From Haplodiscus bocki (lineage: Eukaryota), in assembly GCA_965655095.1 (NCBI GenBank), contig OZ296651.1, forward strand, positions 79,546,001 through 79,610,000: DNA of 64,000 nucleotides, read 5' to 3'. Made by a program: the position numbers and the translations under genes. Shown piece by piece: positions 14,301 through 27,208 of the stretch. Each line of letters begins with the position of its first letter. The first letter of the stretch is position 1. The notes below the pieces were generated by a model. It saw nothing but the letters and a program-made list of their open reading frames with translations, ran no database searches and had not been told where the DNA came from.

Positions 14301-15281
14301 AATCCGATCAGTAGTTAATCAGAGAAACTCTTTTAGCGAACGAAGAAAGTGAAAATATTATCAACTCTTCAATTCGAAAAATTTCGTCACAAAAATATTC
14401 AGGACCTTCAGGTAGCGAGAAATCGAAATAATCTCGGATGGACGCCATTCCAAAACTGAATTTCAAGAAAATCACTTTTGACAACAATATGGAGCAGAAA
14501 ATGATTTGCATGTTTCTAAAGAGAGACCTTCCCTAGCATGACCATTAAAAACAGGGAAATAATGGCATTACCAAAAACTTTTTCTTGTTTGACAGTTTAT
14601 GGTGAGAATTATTTGCATGTCAGGTTAACCCGGATTAGCTGAACACTCAAAGTATCCCCCAGTCAGGATATAAAACTAACTTAGAAATTGATATTAAGCT
14701 TGCGTAACGTGATTCGATTGAAATTGGTGGTTGTTCATTTTGCCGACACGTATTTATGCCGACCATGATAAATGAAACTTAATTCCGATTACATAACGAC
14801 TTTCGGACTTGAAATCTAAATTAGAATAAGCATTCCACTTTACTCGGAAGATTTTGACGGAAGTAGTTTATTTCTTTGAATCGATTGGTCAACTTAAACT
14901 AAGTGACGTTTCGTCATGTCGGCAATAACCACTTTCGGCATATATATCTATCACCAGCGATACTACCGGTGTTGTTGATTTGCAGAAGGTGCATATTTGT
15001 TTCTTTCGATTTGATTTTAAAAAAGACGACTGTTCAGCTATATTGTTAATTTGAACTATTCGATATTTACGCACTGAACTACATGATAGCTCAATCCAAA
15101 AATAAGAAAAGGGCACGATGTCGCAATTCCAAAACGTCACTTGATTTGGCAGACTTCTCCAATGAAAGTTTCACCAAGTTTTAAATTTTCTCCACATTCC
15201 ATTCGACACTGTTGTAGCACTATTGGTTCTTCTGACATATAACATTAAGGTAAATGAGGGTGTGTATCAGTTACGTTTTCT

Positions 15282-18126
15282 TCACTTGAAAGTGGTGCCT
15301 GACTTGGGGTTATGGTAAAAGGTCTTCCTTGACTTCAGCAAAGACCATTTTCTTCTGTTGAAAGCGTATGCAATCATCCACAGACCCATGGTCACCGAAA
15401 ATACCTGCAAAAAATGTTTTTTTTTTTCAGATAAAGGAACATCGGTTGATTCAAATATACAACCACCTAAAAAAATCTATTGCCCTCAGTATTTCAACTT
15501 GAAATGAAAATTTAACAGTACTTTCATAGTTGTTTTGGCAGTTTCAAGTAACTAAAACTACTCCACATGTTTTTTCAGCTGAATGAAAGCAGCAAACTTC
15601 AGACTATCAACATTGATACCCTAAATGACTCAAGGGATGAAAATAAATAATGTTCAAAGAGGCATTATTCTTGAGTATGAGGACAAAAAAACTCATCAAA
15701 TGTACAATAAGAATGGTGGTCAACTTCATTTGATTTCACTAGTCAACCATTAGTGCAGTTGACAAAGGGAAATTATGATGAGTTTATAGTTGGTTGAAAA
15801 GCGCACCTTGAGGAACATTCTTTTTCGGTCATTGAACTCTGGCTCCGCAGACCACCTCAAGTACGTGACAACGTCTTTCGCACACTGTGATAGAGTTGCT
15901 GGAGTGCCTAAAACAAGCAAGCTATCATCAGATCAGAAAACTTCCGAACTTCTAACAAGCTGTGAAATGATATTTATCGTCCAGACCAATTTTACTGTGG
16001 TAAATTAATTTTCCAGGAATTTCAATTCATAATGAAATCAAACAAATCTGATATTAATCAATGCTTAAAATTGATCACTTTAAGCACGCCATAGAATATA
16101 AATGCACAAATGAAAACTTTACCATCTGAGTATTCAATAATTTCGTTGTAAAGAGGAGGTGCCATAGAGATCCAGTTGCCAGGCATGTAAGCATTGAAGT
16201 ACTGGTCTTCGTGGGGCTCCACTCCAGCAGGCGCATCATAGTACCCAGTCAGAATAGAAAATACGTAGTCTTCATGTCCATGCCTTTGAACAAATTGTTA
16301 GCATTCCGATAAAAAAATTTGAGAGGACTTGTAGATATTTTCTTTTAAAATGATTTAAGCTTAGAGAATTGGAAATAAATCAATGAGCAAAATACGCTAA
16401 CAGCTCCGCGGTTAAATATATGTTAGCCAAAAATTTGCGGAAAATCAAAGTACAATCTCAAATATTTCTCTCAAATACACTGTCCGATGCTCACTATTAT
16501 TGACTCTTATGATATACGCAGTTTGTTCAACTATCGTTTCAAATGTTAATTTTTTGTGTGTAATAAATACCTGGCGTTGATTATAAGAGAAAGATCTGGC
16601 GGATATGCGCCATTGTTTGCGTATCGTGCAGCCTCTTCATTGGGGTATGGGTCGGGGAATCTGTCACTGAGTTTTCCAGGCCTTGTGACGGGGTTGCCCT
16701 GGTCGTCGGGGTCAACGTCAACAACTGTTACAGCTAATGCTTCTTCCTGCAACATAGAAAAATCTTCAACTTACTACGAGAAGACAACGAATGTTAATTA
16801 TGTCTTTTAGAACATTTGAGGGTATACATCGTCTTATCAAATCAGTTACATCATCGCAATTTCCGAAGTTTTGAAGCCACAAGCCGGCTCAACAAAGATT
16901 TTAGATAATTTTTCTTGAGACTAATATTTGGACTCGATGTGGGCTCGAAAACTGCTGCCTCAAAAATTGGAAAACATTTTCAAATTAAGCATCAGTCTAG
17001 TAACGTGATGTTCAATCAATGTTTTTTTCTGCAAAAATGAAGCACCTTTGCTTCTTCTTCGGTGTGCGTGTTGTTCACAAGATTTCTGTAGTGCATGTAC
17101 TTCATGGAGTGACAGGCCGAGCACACCTGTTTGTAGACTTCATATCCTCTCCTCACACTGAAACCATACAGATCACAAACTAAAAAAACAACTCGAAACT
17201 TTTAGTTAGGGTTATCAGTCCCCATCGGCTTTAGGGAGTCAGAAGTTGAGTATATACGCCAAAAGACGATGTCATGAGAAACTAATTCTCTGTCCAAAAT
17301 TCGCAATTTTCATATGAAAGGCAGTTGCTTTCCAGTTTGGAAAAACAATTATTTGGAAGAAGCATTTGCAAACTGTAAACGTCCTTGCAAACTGTAGACT
17401 CTGTGGCAAACTGTAGACGTCTGGAAAAGTCTTAACAATTTGGCAGTTTTTGGCGAATAAATAAGAAAATCTCCCAAAAGTAGGCATCAGACGCTGTTAC
17501 CGAATTATTCAATCTCAATTCGTTTGCTTTTAAATTATCAAAAATGCATTCTTCTCGACAATTTGGGATTTTAGTTGATTTATTTTGTATGATGATAGAT
17601 TCAGAATGCAACAAGGCTTTCTAAAAATACTTTATCACGTCCTTTTGGATATGATCATTATTACCGTAGTGGAAAAAACGAAAACTAAGAAAATGGCCCA
17701 TGGGTCCCTAAAATTTTCTCATATGGACGGAAGGCATTCTCATCAAAGCGTATCCCTCGGTACAGGGCATTCCTATTACGGTGCATGTATGTCCGGAGGG
17801 CTTCATGAGCAAGAAGATGTTACGATTTTTTATTCAGTCAGGGCTCACGTACATGCGAGCACCCGTAGTAAGCTATCCCTCTGTTGGTAAACCCCGGGTT
17901 TTGCTTCCCTTCCAAGGCTATTGTGAGTTTACCTTTTCATGTCCAACTGATCGAGAGGACCTTTGTGATTCCAGTGAAAATGAGGAGGGTGGATTTCAAA
18001 TCCTTCAGCCAGAACTGTACCAGCAGCCACAGCGCCTCCCACTGCAACAGCCGAGGACCCAGCAAGAGCCCCTATGATTAACCTTTTGCCCCATTTGTTG
18101 CTTCCTGAGAAAAATCTGTTCATCAT
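15282..18126 (-). CDS. CYC1: Cytochrome c1, mitochondrial complex III; exons 17933..18126, 17046..17157, 16571..16746, 16123..16283, 15807..15907, 15282..15404 (about 288 aa)
   Basis: Spliced translation gives EIHPPHFHW...[19 protein letters not shown] (CxxCH heme motif), [28 protein letters not shown] (axial Met), [26 protein letters not shown] helix and KWSLLKSRK. All five introns are GT-AG with compatible phases (2,0,2,1,0). An extra upstream exon is possible. Confidence 0.96.
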
Positions 18127-18593
18127 TCGATAATAACTCTGAAATTAGACACACCAATTCTATAAAAATTTCATCAATTAATTTTTGTGACATGTGCCAA
18201 TTAAATTTAGAATACTTCAATGGCATACAAATAAAGAGTTTCAAGAAAACAAGACAAAAAGGGCCGAGGTCGGCTTAAGTAGGCGGAACCCATCGGTGAT
18301 TAATGAAGTATTTTTGGGTTTCCAGGAAAATTTGAGGATGCCGAAAAAAGGAGTCTAAAGACTTTATTCTCTGGGAAAAAAGCTTGCAGGGTTTTTTTGC
18401 TCTTTGATACTTTGTTAACTGACCAAAAAAACCAAAACATGTCAATAGTTTCCTTTTGAAGAAACTTTGGTATATGCAAGGCTATCAGGGAATTTTTGGA
18501 ATTCGCATTTCCCAAAAACTTATGAACTGCCTTCAAAAAGGAAAATTAGTTTCCTCATCAACATAATCATCGCTATAATGTAGTCCACTGGAA

Positions 18594-18790
18594 TCCTATA
18601 TAAAATAGAGATAGTGAACCGTGTCTCGGCTTTCTATAACTATCAAAAATTTTCTGACGTCATTGCCGAAAGACCGAAGTCAGCAAGTTAAAATAGCGAG
18701 CCAATAACAAACGAGTAAATAGGACTCAGTGATTGTGTTTCGGGTATGACGTTATGACGATCATGCCGAATCAAGAAAGCGACTGATTTC
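18594..18790 (+). mobile_element. Helitron-like 5' end fragment, copy 1
   Basis: A|TCCTATATAAAA start (Helitron 5' TC after A); about 190 bp of similarity to 45873-46060 (tagtgaaccgtgtc.cggct...tctgacgt..ttgcc...agccaat). Confidence 0.5.
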
Positions 18791-19133
18791 CTCAAGTCTT
18801 CCCCTACATTCACTCATGGGCTTTGTTCTTTCACAGTGATAAGTGACTATCAAAAAAACGTGAACGATTTTTGAAACACTTGGACCCATTGAAAATTTAA
18901 TCTGCCGATCTAGCAAAAAGGTTTGCTAGTTATATAAAAAAACACCATTCGCTGACAGATTTGATCGAAAAGCATCAAAATTTGAACCTTTCCGTTAAAA
19001 CTAAATTTTCTAACAATTGATTTCCCAAAATTACGGAAAGCTTTATGCCCGTTTTAGATCTAATTCATTGAATACATGTAAAATGACAAGTGAAATGAAT
19101 ACTTGTCAGCAACTAATTTAACACTATATTTGT

Positions 19134-19810
19134 AACGGGCGGCGCAGTAGCACTGCAATATTTTTTGTCAAAGGAGTTCAGAAATGACTGGTCCATCAAA
19201 TAACGAATCGTTTTCACAACACTTTTGATTGAATAGAAAGCTCTCGATTGATACCTTGTCGAAGAATTGAAGCCTCTATTTTCCTGTTTCATTTTTTAAT
19301 ATGCAATTTTTCATAAAATATTGTTCATAACAAAATTTTGATACATTTGCGCCAGCAGTTTAATATCGTAGAAGAGTTTTAGCAAATTATGAGTCACGAT
19401 AAAGACAATAGCAAAGACAGCTGCGGTTTCCGGTTATCTTGGCCCATTAGTAAATTCTGTTGGCTGCGCAAAAATCAAGTGATTGCAATTCAAATACCCT
19501 TCTACAGGCAAAAAGCTGTCAATACCTTGATGGAGGTCAAGCCAAAAGTTTATGGAAATCAGAATATGAATATAGGGATATGTCAAATTTATTATCACTT
19601 TTGGCAATTTCGGTCCATCAGGATTCCGACGCAAGGATCAAGATCCATCAATTTTCTACTGAAAAGTTCTCCTAAGTAGAGAGGTGTCGTTTGATCCCAT
19701 GATAGAAAACTTCAAGCTCGTAGTTGCCGAGAAATATGAGTTCGAAAACCTGGATATAATGTTCAAGATTTTTGGCATTTTCGGCCTTTGGCGAATCGGA
19801 AACAAAGACG
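19134..19810 (+). mobile_element. HINE-like element with degenerate tandem units
   Basis: Hairpin terminus GCAGT-AGC-ACTGC plus atatttt.gtcaa shared with 22731. Internal units ...ggtccatcaggattccgacgcaagga... match the 22950-25200 array. Confidence 0.5.
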
Positions 19811-20299
19811 AAACATAGCCACTAAGGGCGCAGTGCTAAGGTTGCGGCAAGAGCTTTCCGAAAAAACAGGGAAAACGCGCCACAGCTTGTAAATGAAATC
19901 CCGCTGGTTCACGGAATTGGCACATTTCAAGTTTTTAAGGACGTACTCGTAATAGATGGATTACAATTTTTTCCGGTAAAAACCTAGCAAAAAATAGCTA
20001 CTGAACTAAAGTATCTGGTACTTTGGAGCCTTCTTGTTAATGTTGTGCCAAATCAGCTTCATTTTTAGTACCTGCTTCAAGGATATACGAGAGTATCTGA
20101 AACTTTCAAATGGTCAATAAATCCCGGTCATAAAGATTTCGTTCAAAGTATAGTTAAAAACTTTTTGATCGCAAATGAAAAACTTTGCGTTCATAGGTGG
20201 AGACCTAATCCAAAATTTTTGTTTTTAAAGGTAATAGCCATGATTTTGAAATATGACAATTTGAAAATATCAGAAATAGCTCGATTATTCCGTTCTCCC

Positions 20300-21570
20300 G
20301 CCAAGAAACTTAGCAAAAAAACTTCTCACCCCAGCCACAACTTACTATGTAAAAGACTGCATTCTCCATGTTTTGCCAAAGAAAAATGTGGACCATTTTC
20401 AAGCTTGTCGTTAAAGAAGGACGTACTTCTTAAAATTGACGAAAACTCAAGACAGACGAAAAAAGCACCATTATCAAGTTTCTCTCGCATAAAAACCTAT
20501 CGGAAAACTCTGATTTTTAGACTGCAACCAGAGCAAAAGACAAAATTAACCAAAGCTTTTCATCAAAACCGTGCGAAAAAAGGATAACTTTTCGAATTAC
20601 ATCCAGTATACAAGACTTCAAATTAACTAAAAGATTTCAAAAAAGCTCGACTTTCAATATTTTCCCCCGAAAACAATGTACCTAAAAACATTTGTACCTA
20701 AATGGAAAGCTAATATCACATATATGGGAGCAAGTGACAAAACTCAAGTAAGTTTAGAACTTAGATGCCAAGACAAGAAAAGCCGAAAAGGCAAACATTT
20801 TCGGAACAGCATATTAAGCTCGATTTTCGAGATTCTTGAGCGAAAAAGCGCAACAAAACCTTCGGTCAAGAACTAAAACGTAACAGATGACTATCTCAAG
20901 TTTTATCTCGAAGCCCGGACTTGTTCGGAGTGCAAAGGACTAAAATTTGACCGAAAAGTTGGGAAAAGCACGATTTTCAAGATCTGTTTGCAAAAAAACC
21001 TCTCGAAAAATTTCGTCACCCAAACCAAGTATAAGTATCCGATACAAGTGAGTGAAATTTTTATTATTGTTCAAAATTCAAGTAAATATGGAGCTGGGTG
21101 CCAAATAAAAGATTTGGAACTTACAGAAGTCTTCCAAATACTCATAAAAACTTGATTTTCAAATATCTTTTGGAAAACAGATCGAAAAAACAGGCGGACA
21201 TAAAATAAAGTTCAGTTGTGATAGAAAAAAAACCTTTTCATTAAACCTGTAAGAACTCAGGCAATATGACCCCCTTCGTGCGGAAATACACGACCAATAA
21301 AATGACAACTATGCTCAAAGTGTCCAAAATTAGCTCGACTTTCCTTCGCAAAGGATACTATCCAAAAACGATCGGACCCAGTCAAAACCCAAAATGTGAT
21401 ACGACTAAAGTCTCGTCGTAACTTTTGCGGAGAAATCAGGAAATATTGTTAATTTATAGGAGAATATTATGCGGCCCCAAACAAGTTTTGAGTTGAAAAT
21501 GGAAAGCAAAAAATTGCATCTGATTTTTCCAGTGGGTGTGTGAAGAGCTTTTGCTTCAATTACGCTACGC
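20300..21570 (+). repeat. Long diverged dispersed repeat (family C)
   Basis: Patchy colinear similarity with 32920-33960 (ttac..tg.aaagat.g.., ending catct..tttttccagtg...gt.aagag..tttgct); a partial copy lies near 35110. Confidence 0.45.
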
Positions 21571-21833
21571 ACGCCTCAAGTGGATGAGTTTTGGAGAGGT
21601 CCTCCTCCAGTAAAAAGGTGGTGATTAAGACCTTTGTCGAATGAGTGAAGCAGGTATTTTCAAAGAAATATGAAAAATAATATCAAGATATGACAATATT
21701 ATGAGCCTTTCGTTGCAACATCTCAGTGTCGGGATTCTGACAGAACACGGAAAATCGATAATTATTTTTGTCAACACTCTCCAAAAAAGAGAGGTAAAAA
21801 ATTCGAGCTTAATACAAGAAGCCAAACCAGTAG

Positions 21834-22163
21834 TTATTGAGACACATGAATTGGAATATCGAGATGCGTCCAAATTATTAGCAAATTCCGTTTTTGCACT
21901 ATCAGGATTCCGACTAAGGGAACATAACCGAATATTCTTCCCTTGAAAAGCTTTCCTCAAGTAACGACATCCCGACTGAGATCTCCTGAGTTTCAAAACC
22001 GACATCTGTAAAGATTAACAGCCTTTAGGGCAGTTTCGGCGACAGGATTCGGATGCAAAGCAAAACATTTATGATTTTCCTTTTGAAAAGTCCTCGTCAA
22101 GTAAAAAACTATCGACAGACCCTGATTAAAGACTTGAACCCTATAGTTATGGAGTAAAGTGAG
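21834..22163 (+). repeat. About 330-bp recent direct duplication, partner at 23961-24293
   Basis: Near-identical sequence ttattgagacacatgaattggaatatcgag...ctatagttatggag with scattered substitutions. Confidence 0.9.
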
Positions 22164-22259
22164 TTTTAACATTCAGCAAAATCAAAATTCGAAAATATCT
22201 ATAATTAGAATCATTTTGGAAGTTTTATGAAAGTTTATTCTGCGACTTTGAGCCAAAAA

Positions 22260-22580
22260 ATTTTTCAGCAGAGTTGTCACAACTGCATTCTACGTGTCCA
22301 GATGAATATACTGAGTAAGGTTGTTTTCAAAAAAAGGCAAAACGTTTCAATTATTTTTGGATTGTGAACAAAAAATATCAGAACTTCGCGCGGAAAACTT
22401 TCGCCATGGCTGTCAAAACTGCATTCCACGTGTTTAGAGGACCATTTTCGAGTTGTTTTTCGGAAAGCAAAATTTCGAATAATTTTTTCACATTCAGAGC
22501 GAAAAAAATTGAGACTTCGAGCGGAAAAATTCCCACATGGCTGTCAAAACTGCATTCTAGGTGTCAAGGGGACAATTTCA
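22260..22580 (+). repeat. Three degenerate tandem units, about 130-140 bp
   Basis: Core g.tgtca.aactgcatt..a.gtgt at about 22270, 22408 and 22539. Confidence 0.7.
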
Positions 22581-22730
22581 CAATGAGAGAATCATTTTGC
22601 TTTCGTATTTATTATGACGGAAAGTAGTAACAATTTGACGTTATAATTTTTGAATCGAAGCGGTCTCAAAACAGTCAAGTCTTTCTACATTACACGAATT
22701 TCTCGCTTGGATAAAAACTTGTTCTAAGAC

Positions 22731-25260
22731 AAAGAAGAGGCGCAGTCGCACTGCGATATTTTTCGTCAATGGGGAGCAAAAATGATTCATCAAACACACA
22801 CCAAATAACTTCCAAAAAGAAACCCGTTATCGACAAAAGTATCCACAGAGACCTTTCCAGAAGATTTCAAACCGGTAGCTTTAGAGAATGATGAAATTTA
22901 GGATCAATGAAAAATGAATGTGAAATGAACAATCTCGCATTTTCGAGCCAACAAGATTCCAATTGAGGCGACACAATTAGAGATCACGGTCGATTCAAAC
23001 ATTGGTACAAGAATACAAATGTTTATGTATCGAGGAAGACGAGTTGGAATATCGACCTAACCCATTAAGAATAGCACTTTTGGTTAATCAGTACTCCAAG
23101 TTCAGCGCAGAGAATATTCTTCATGATATACAGAAACAAATAGTCCGCCTCATGTAAAAGGGTAGCGATGGACACCTTGATTGAAGAACGAAGCAAGTGG
23201 AGCTGGAGAAATATGAGTTTGAATAAGTTGACATGCCAAGATTATTAGCATTTCCTCGATTTTCTGGTCCATCAGGAATCCACCGTAAAGAGAAAAAACC
23301 ACAGACTTCTAACGGATTATTTCAACACAAGCTGAAAGCGTTAGATTGAGAACTTAAAGCAAGATTACAAGCCAGTTGATTTGGAGAAACACGGATTCCG
23401 AGCTAAAAATGAGCCCATCTTACAAATAATTCTGCCATTTTTGGTCCGCCAAGATTCTAATGCAGGAAAGGAATTGATAGCTTTTCCACCCAATACCACT
23501 CGGAAAGTACCGACTAAAAGCAGTTCTTCGGCATTTTCTAACAACCGAAACTCCAACGCAAGAAACAAATTCAATCAGTTTTTAATTTCCAAATTCCTCT
23601 ACGGCTAAAAAATTGTCGATCGAGATCAGGATGCTTGATGGGAGAAATCTAGTCGGTAGTTACGGCGAAATTTGATTTCGGATATCGAGGTAGGTCAAAA
23701 TGAAAGAATTTCCGATTTTTCGGATCATTGCAATTTCAGCGCAGTGAACGGAAAGAATAGTTTCTCAGTGTTGAATTGTTTTACAAGTCGAAATTTTTTC
23801 AATTGAGGGCTTCATGAAAGAAATTCAACCTGTATTTACGGAGAAAAAGTCCTTGAATCTCGGGAAGATTCAATATTAAAAGCACACGTTGGAACTTTCA
23901 GACCATCAGAATTCCAAAGCAACGATCAGTTATATATATTGACACACATGAATATATATATTATTGAGACACATGAATTGGAATATCGAGCTGCGTCTAA
24001 ATTGTTAGCAAATTCCGTTTTTGCACTATCAGGATTCCGACTAAGGGAACATAACCGAATATTCTTCCCTTGAAAAGCTTTCCTCAAGTAACGACATCCC
24101 GACTGAGATCGCCTGAGTTTGAAAACCGAGATCTGTAAATATTAACAGCCTTTAGGGCAATTTCGGCGACAGGATTCGGACGCAAAGCAGAACATTTATG
24201 ATTTTCTTTTTGAAAAGTCCTTGTCAAGTAAAAAGCTGTCGACTGAGACCCTGATTAAAGACTTGAGTCCTATAGTTATGGAGCAAAGGTGAAGGAAAGC
24301 AAGCTTGCACTTACGTTTATAGATGGGTTTGGGTATGGAGGTAAAAAGATACAGCAAGTTTGGGAATTTTTGGACCAGCAGAATCCTGACCAGGAACAAA
24401 TTGACAAGTTTTTCAAGGGCACACTCCTTCACAAGTTTTCAGTTTTCGATTGAGACCTTAATGGAAGAAATCAAGCCTGTAAATAGCGAGAAAAAAGTTT
24501 ATCTTGGGATGAATCATAATTAATAGCACATTTGGAATCTTCAGAATTTCAGAAGTCTGAACCGAGGCTCTGAATCAACTTTTTTGAAGCTAATCCTCCT
24601 CCACTATCGTAATCCATTGAGACCTTGAAGGAAAAAATTGCAATGCAACTTGTAGTTAGGGCCAAATGTGAGTTCGAATGTCGAAATGTATCAAAATTAA
24701 TAGAACTTTTGGGAAGTTTCAGACCTTGAAGATTCTGATGCAGGGATTGATAAACTTTTTTTTATTGAACACTCCTCAACCAAGCTAGAGCGTTCGACTG
24801 AGACTTTAATGGAACAAATCAAAGCTATGGTTATCGAGAAACATGAGTTCGAAAAGCGACAGGTATCGAAAATAATAATCAGTTTTGGGAAACTTTGGAC
24901 TATTATGTCTCCGATGCAAGGAACAGAACCAACGGTTTTTCAAGGAAATGGTTTGGCACTAGATGAAAGCTATCGATTGAGACCTCAAAAGATTCACGAA
25001 GTCCAAGAAATAGGACCAAGTAATTCAGAAGAAATAAAATATTTGATAATCGAGGTTTTCAAAAAATAACAGCACTTTTTCTGAGAAAAACCGGTAGATT
25101 AGGATTCTGACGCAAAGAACGAAAGCTAACATTTTTAAATGGCATAACCTTGTACTAGTAGAAGGCTTTCGATTGAAAACTAGATGAAAGAATTGAGCCT
25201 TTTTTTGGTGAAGTGAGTGGCAAATTCTAGGAATTTCAATATTTCCAGTTTTAGGCATTT
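22731..25260 (+). mobile_element. HINE-like element carrying a long degenerate 160-180-bp tandem array
   Basis: Terminus AAGAAGAGG-CGCAGT-CGC-ACTGCG. Recurring unit landmarks (ggaccatcag.attc.gacgcaagga; tcgattgagacctt.atggaa) at about 23264, 23441, 23901, 24371, 24547, 24722, 24895 and 25097. Confidence 0.6.
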
Positions 25261-25623
25261 CCTCAATGTGAGAATCAAAAAACGAGATGTTCCAGCAGAT
25301 TCATTTTTGAACAAAGATTGTATTTTCCAGCCCCGGAGAAATGATAGGATAGACAAGAAAAACTACCATTAAAAAACTTGAAAAACTGGCATTTATAGTT
25401 GAATTTTTTCAGAGATCTATCAACTTTCAACTTTTATGGCCTTTTGGGAAAATCGAATTTTTTCCCATATTTTTGAAAAATGTTCAGAAGAAAAACGATT
25501 CGTAGTAGTTACATCGCAAATCGGATAATTTTGGGGAAAATTCCCCTTTATCAAAAAACCTTGTTTTTTGCCTTTATGAAGTACGAATGTATTAACGCAT
25601 GTCTGAAGATATGTAAAAATTAT

Positions 25624-25684
25624 GGCCAGTAGCGGGATTCGAACCCGCCACCTCCGGTTTCTCAACCGCGGTGACACCCGACAC
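25624..25684 (-). other. tRNA-derived SINE head or tRNA pseudogene
   Basis: Perfect T-arm GCGGG-TTCGAAT-CCCGC and an anticodon-like arm cggt-tgagaa-accg, but D-arm and acceptor stem are missing. Confidence 0.6.
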
Positions 25685-25969
25685 ATATATTAAAAAAGAC
25701 ACTAACGACTCTGCAGACTTGAACTCGGCGAGTGAACACTGACTACTGAATTGAATATTTTCCTTTCGAAAATTTTTTGACGGAAAATAATAACTTCATC
25801 AGATGCTTTTCAAGGTGGCGCTTCCGAAGAAAAAATTGTCTCTTGAAATCTCACAAGAGTAAAGATCACAGATCAGAAAGAACTGTCCCCTTTCTGTTCT
25901 CGATACAACTGACTCTTCTCTTTTCGTATTTTACAGTATGCCAATAGTCAAAAGCTAACTTATGCAAGT

Positions 25970-26680
25970 TCTCAAAAGCACACACCCCACCCACATAAGT
26001 TTTTTGGAACTGCGAAACAAAAAAAATCGATGAAAAATCGTGATAAAGCCCCACCCCCGAAATTTTTCGGCAGACACAAAAAGTTCAATTCATGTTTACC
26101 CAAATTTTCGCGCCCGACAGATGGGCAGTGCCGACTGGGCTGTTCTTTTTTAAAATCACATCGAATTTCCCACTCATACTGATTCTTCCTCAAAATTTTG
26201 ATGTTAATAATAATAAAGTACGTTAAAATGAAAATAGAGAAGTTCTCAAAATGATCAAAGGGCCCCCTAGGAAAGTTTTCGGCAGTCATAAAAAAATTCG
26301 AAAAAAATTGTGATACCCCTCCTCCCGTTGATGTATAAAAATTTTCATTAGCAAAAACAAACGGTCTCCCAACGATATTTTTCGTCACCAAAATCGTGAT
26401 ACCTTTATCGTTAACCCAAATGTTTGCATCCGTCAGATAGGAATCAACCACTGTGAGGTGCGCTCAGCTCGTTAAATTTTTTGAAATCATTTCTTCAAGA
26501 GCAGAAATTACTGTCGATTCTTCTTTTTGACCGACTCTTCCTCAAAATTTTACGGTTGATTTATACTATGTCAGGACAGTCAAAAGACAACACATGAGTT
26601 CTCAAAAACACCAGAGGGTTCCTCCCAACGAAGTTTTTCAGTACAGACAAGAAAAATTCGTCTTTGACCTGTTCCGGTCA
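25970..26680 (+). repeat. Degenerate tandem or dispersed repeat cluster
   Basis: Recurring cccc...gaaa.ttttcggca...aaaaa..tcga.aaaaatcgtgata.ccc units and a duplicated ttcttcctcaaaatttt...gagttctcaaaa block. Confidence 0.55.
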
Positions 26681-27139
26681 CCACACCGATGAAGAGCAGC
26701 AAATTTTAAGCGGTTATCAGCTTGCTTTTAGTCGCACATTTTACTTTTGAGAAGAAAGGTCCGACTATTGTTGACTAGTTTAGTTTTGGAGGCTAGTTTC
26801 AGTTACATTTTTGTTCTTTCCGTCTCCCATTTCTGCTTTCGAGCTACAATTCCAGTAAAAGTTCGTACAAAAGCCCATATTTTGCAAACTCCCATGAAAA
26901 TGCTTTTTCCAAGAATAAACTCATTGTTACTCGACACTTTACTTTTAGTAAGGAGGCCAACTATAGTGACTTTTCGTTTTTTTTCGTAACAAGATGAAAC
27001 TCACCAAACTGACCATTTTTAAGAGTTGATCAAATTGACGGTTTTGATGATACGGATTGTACCATATGTATCTAAATTGTCCAAAAATAAAAAACTCGTG
27101 ATACACACTTTGTATGCATTGAACTTTTTCTCATTTTAT

Positions 27140-27208
27140 ACAGCCCAGCCGGTAGGACAAAAGCGCTCCGAGACCACAGGTTGCGGGTTCGAACACAGGT
27201 ATAGGCTA
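27140..27208 (+). other. tRNA-derived SINE head
   Basis: A-box-like AGCCCAGCCGGTAGG and B-box GGGTTCGAAC preceded by AGGTTGC; no cloverleaf. Confidence 0.5.

Noticed and set aside
25624-25684. Functional tRNA-Leu(GAG)
   Set aside because: D-arm and acceptor stem are absent; treated as SINE or pseudogene.
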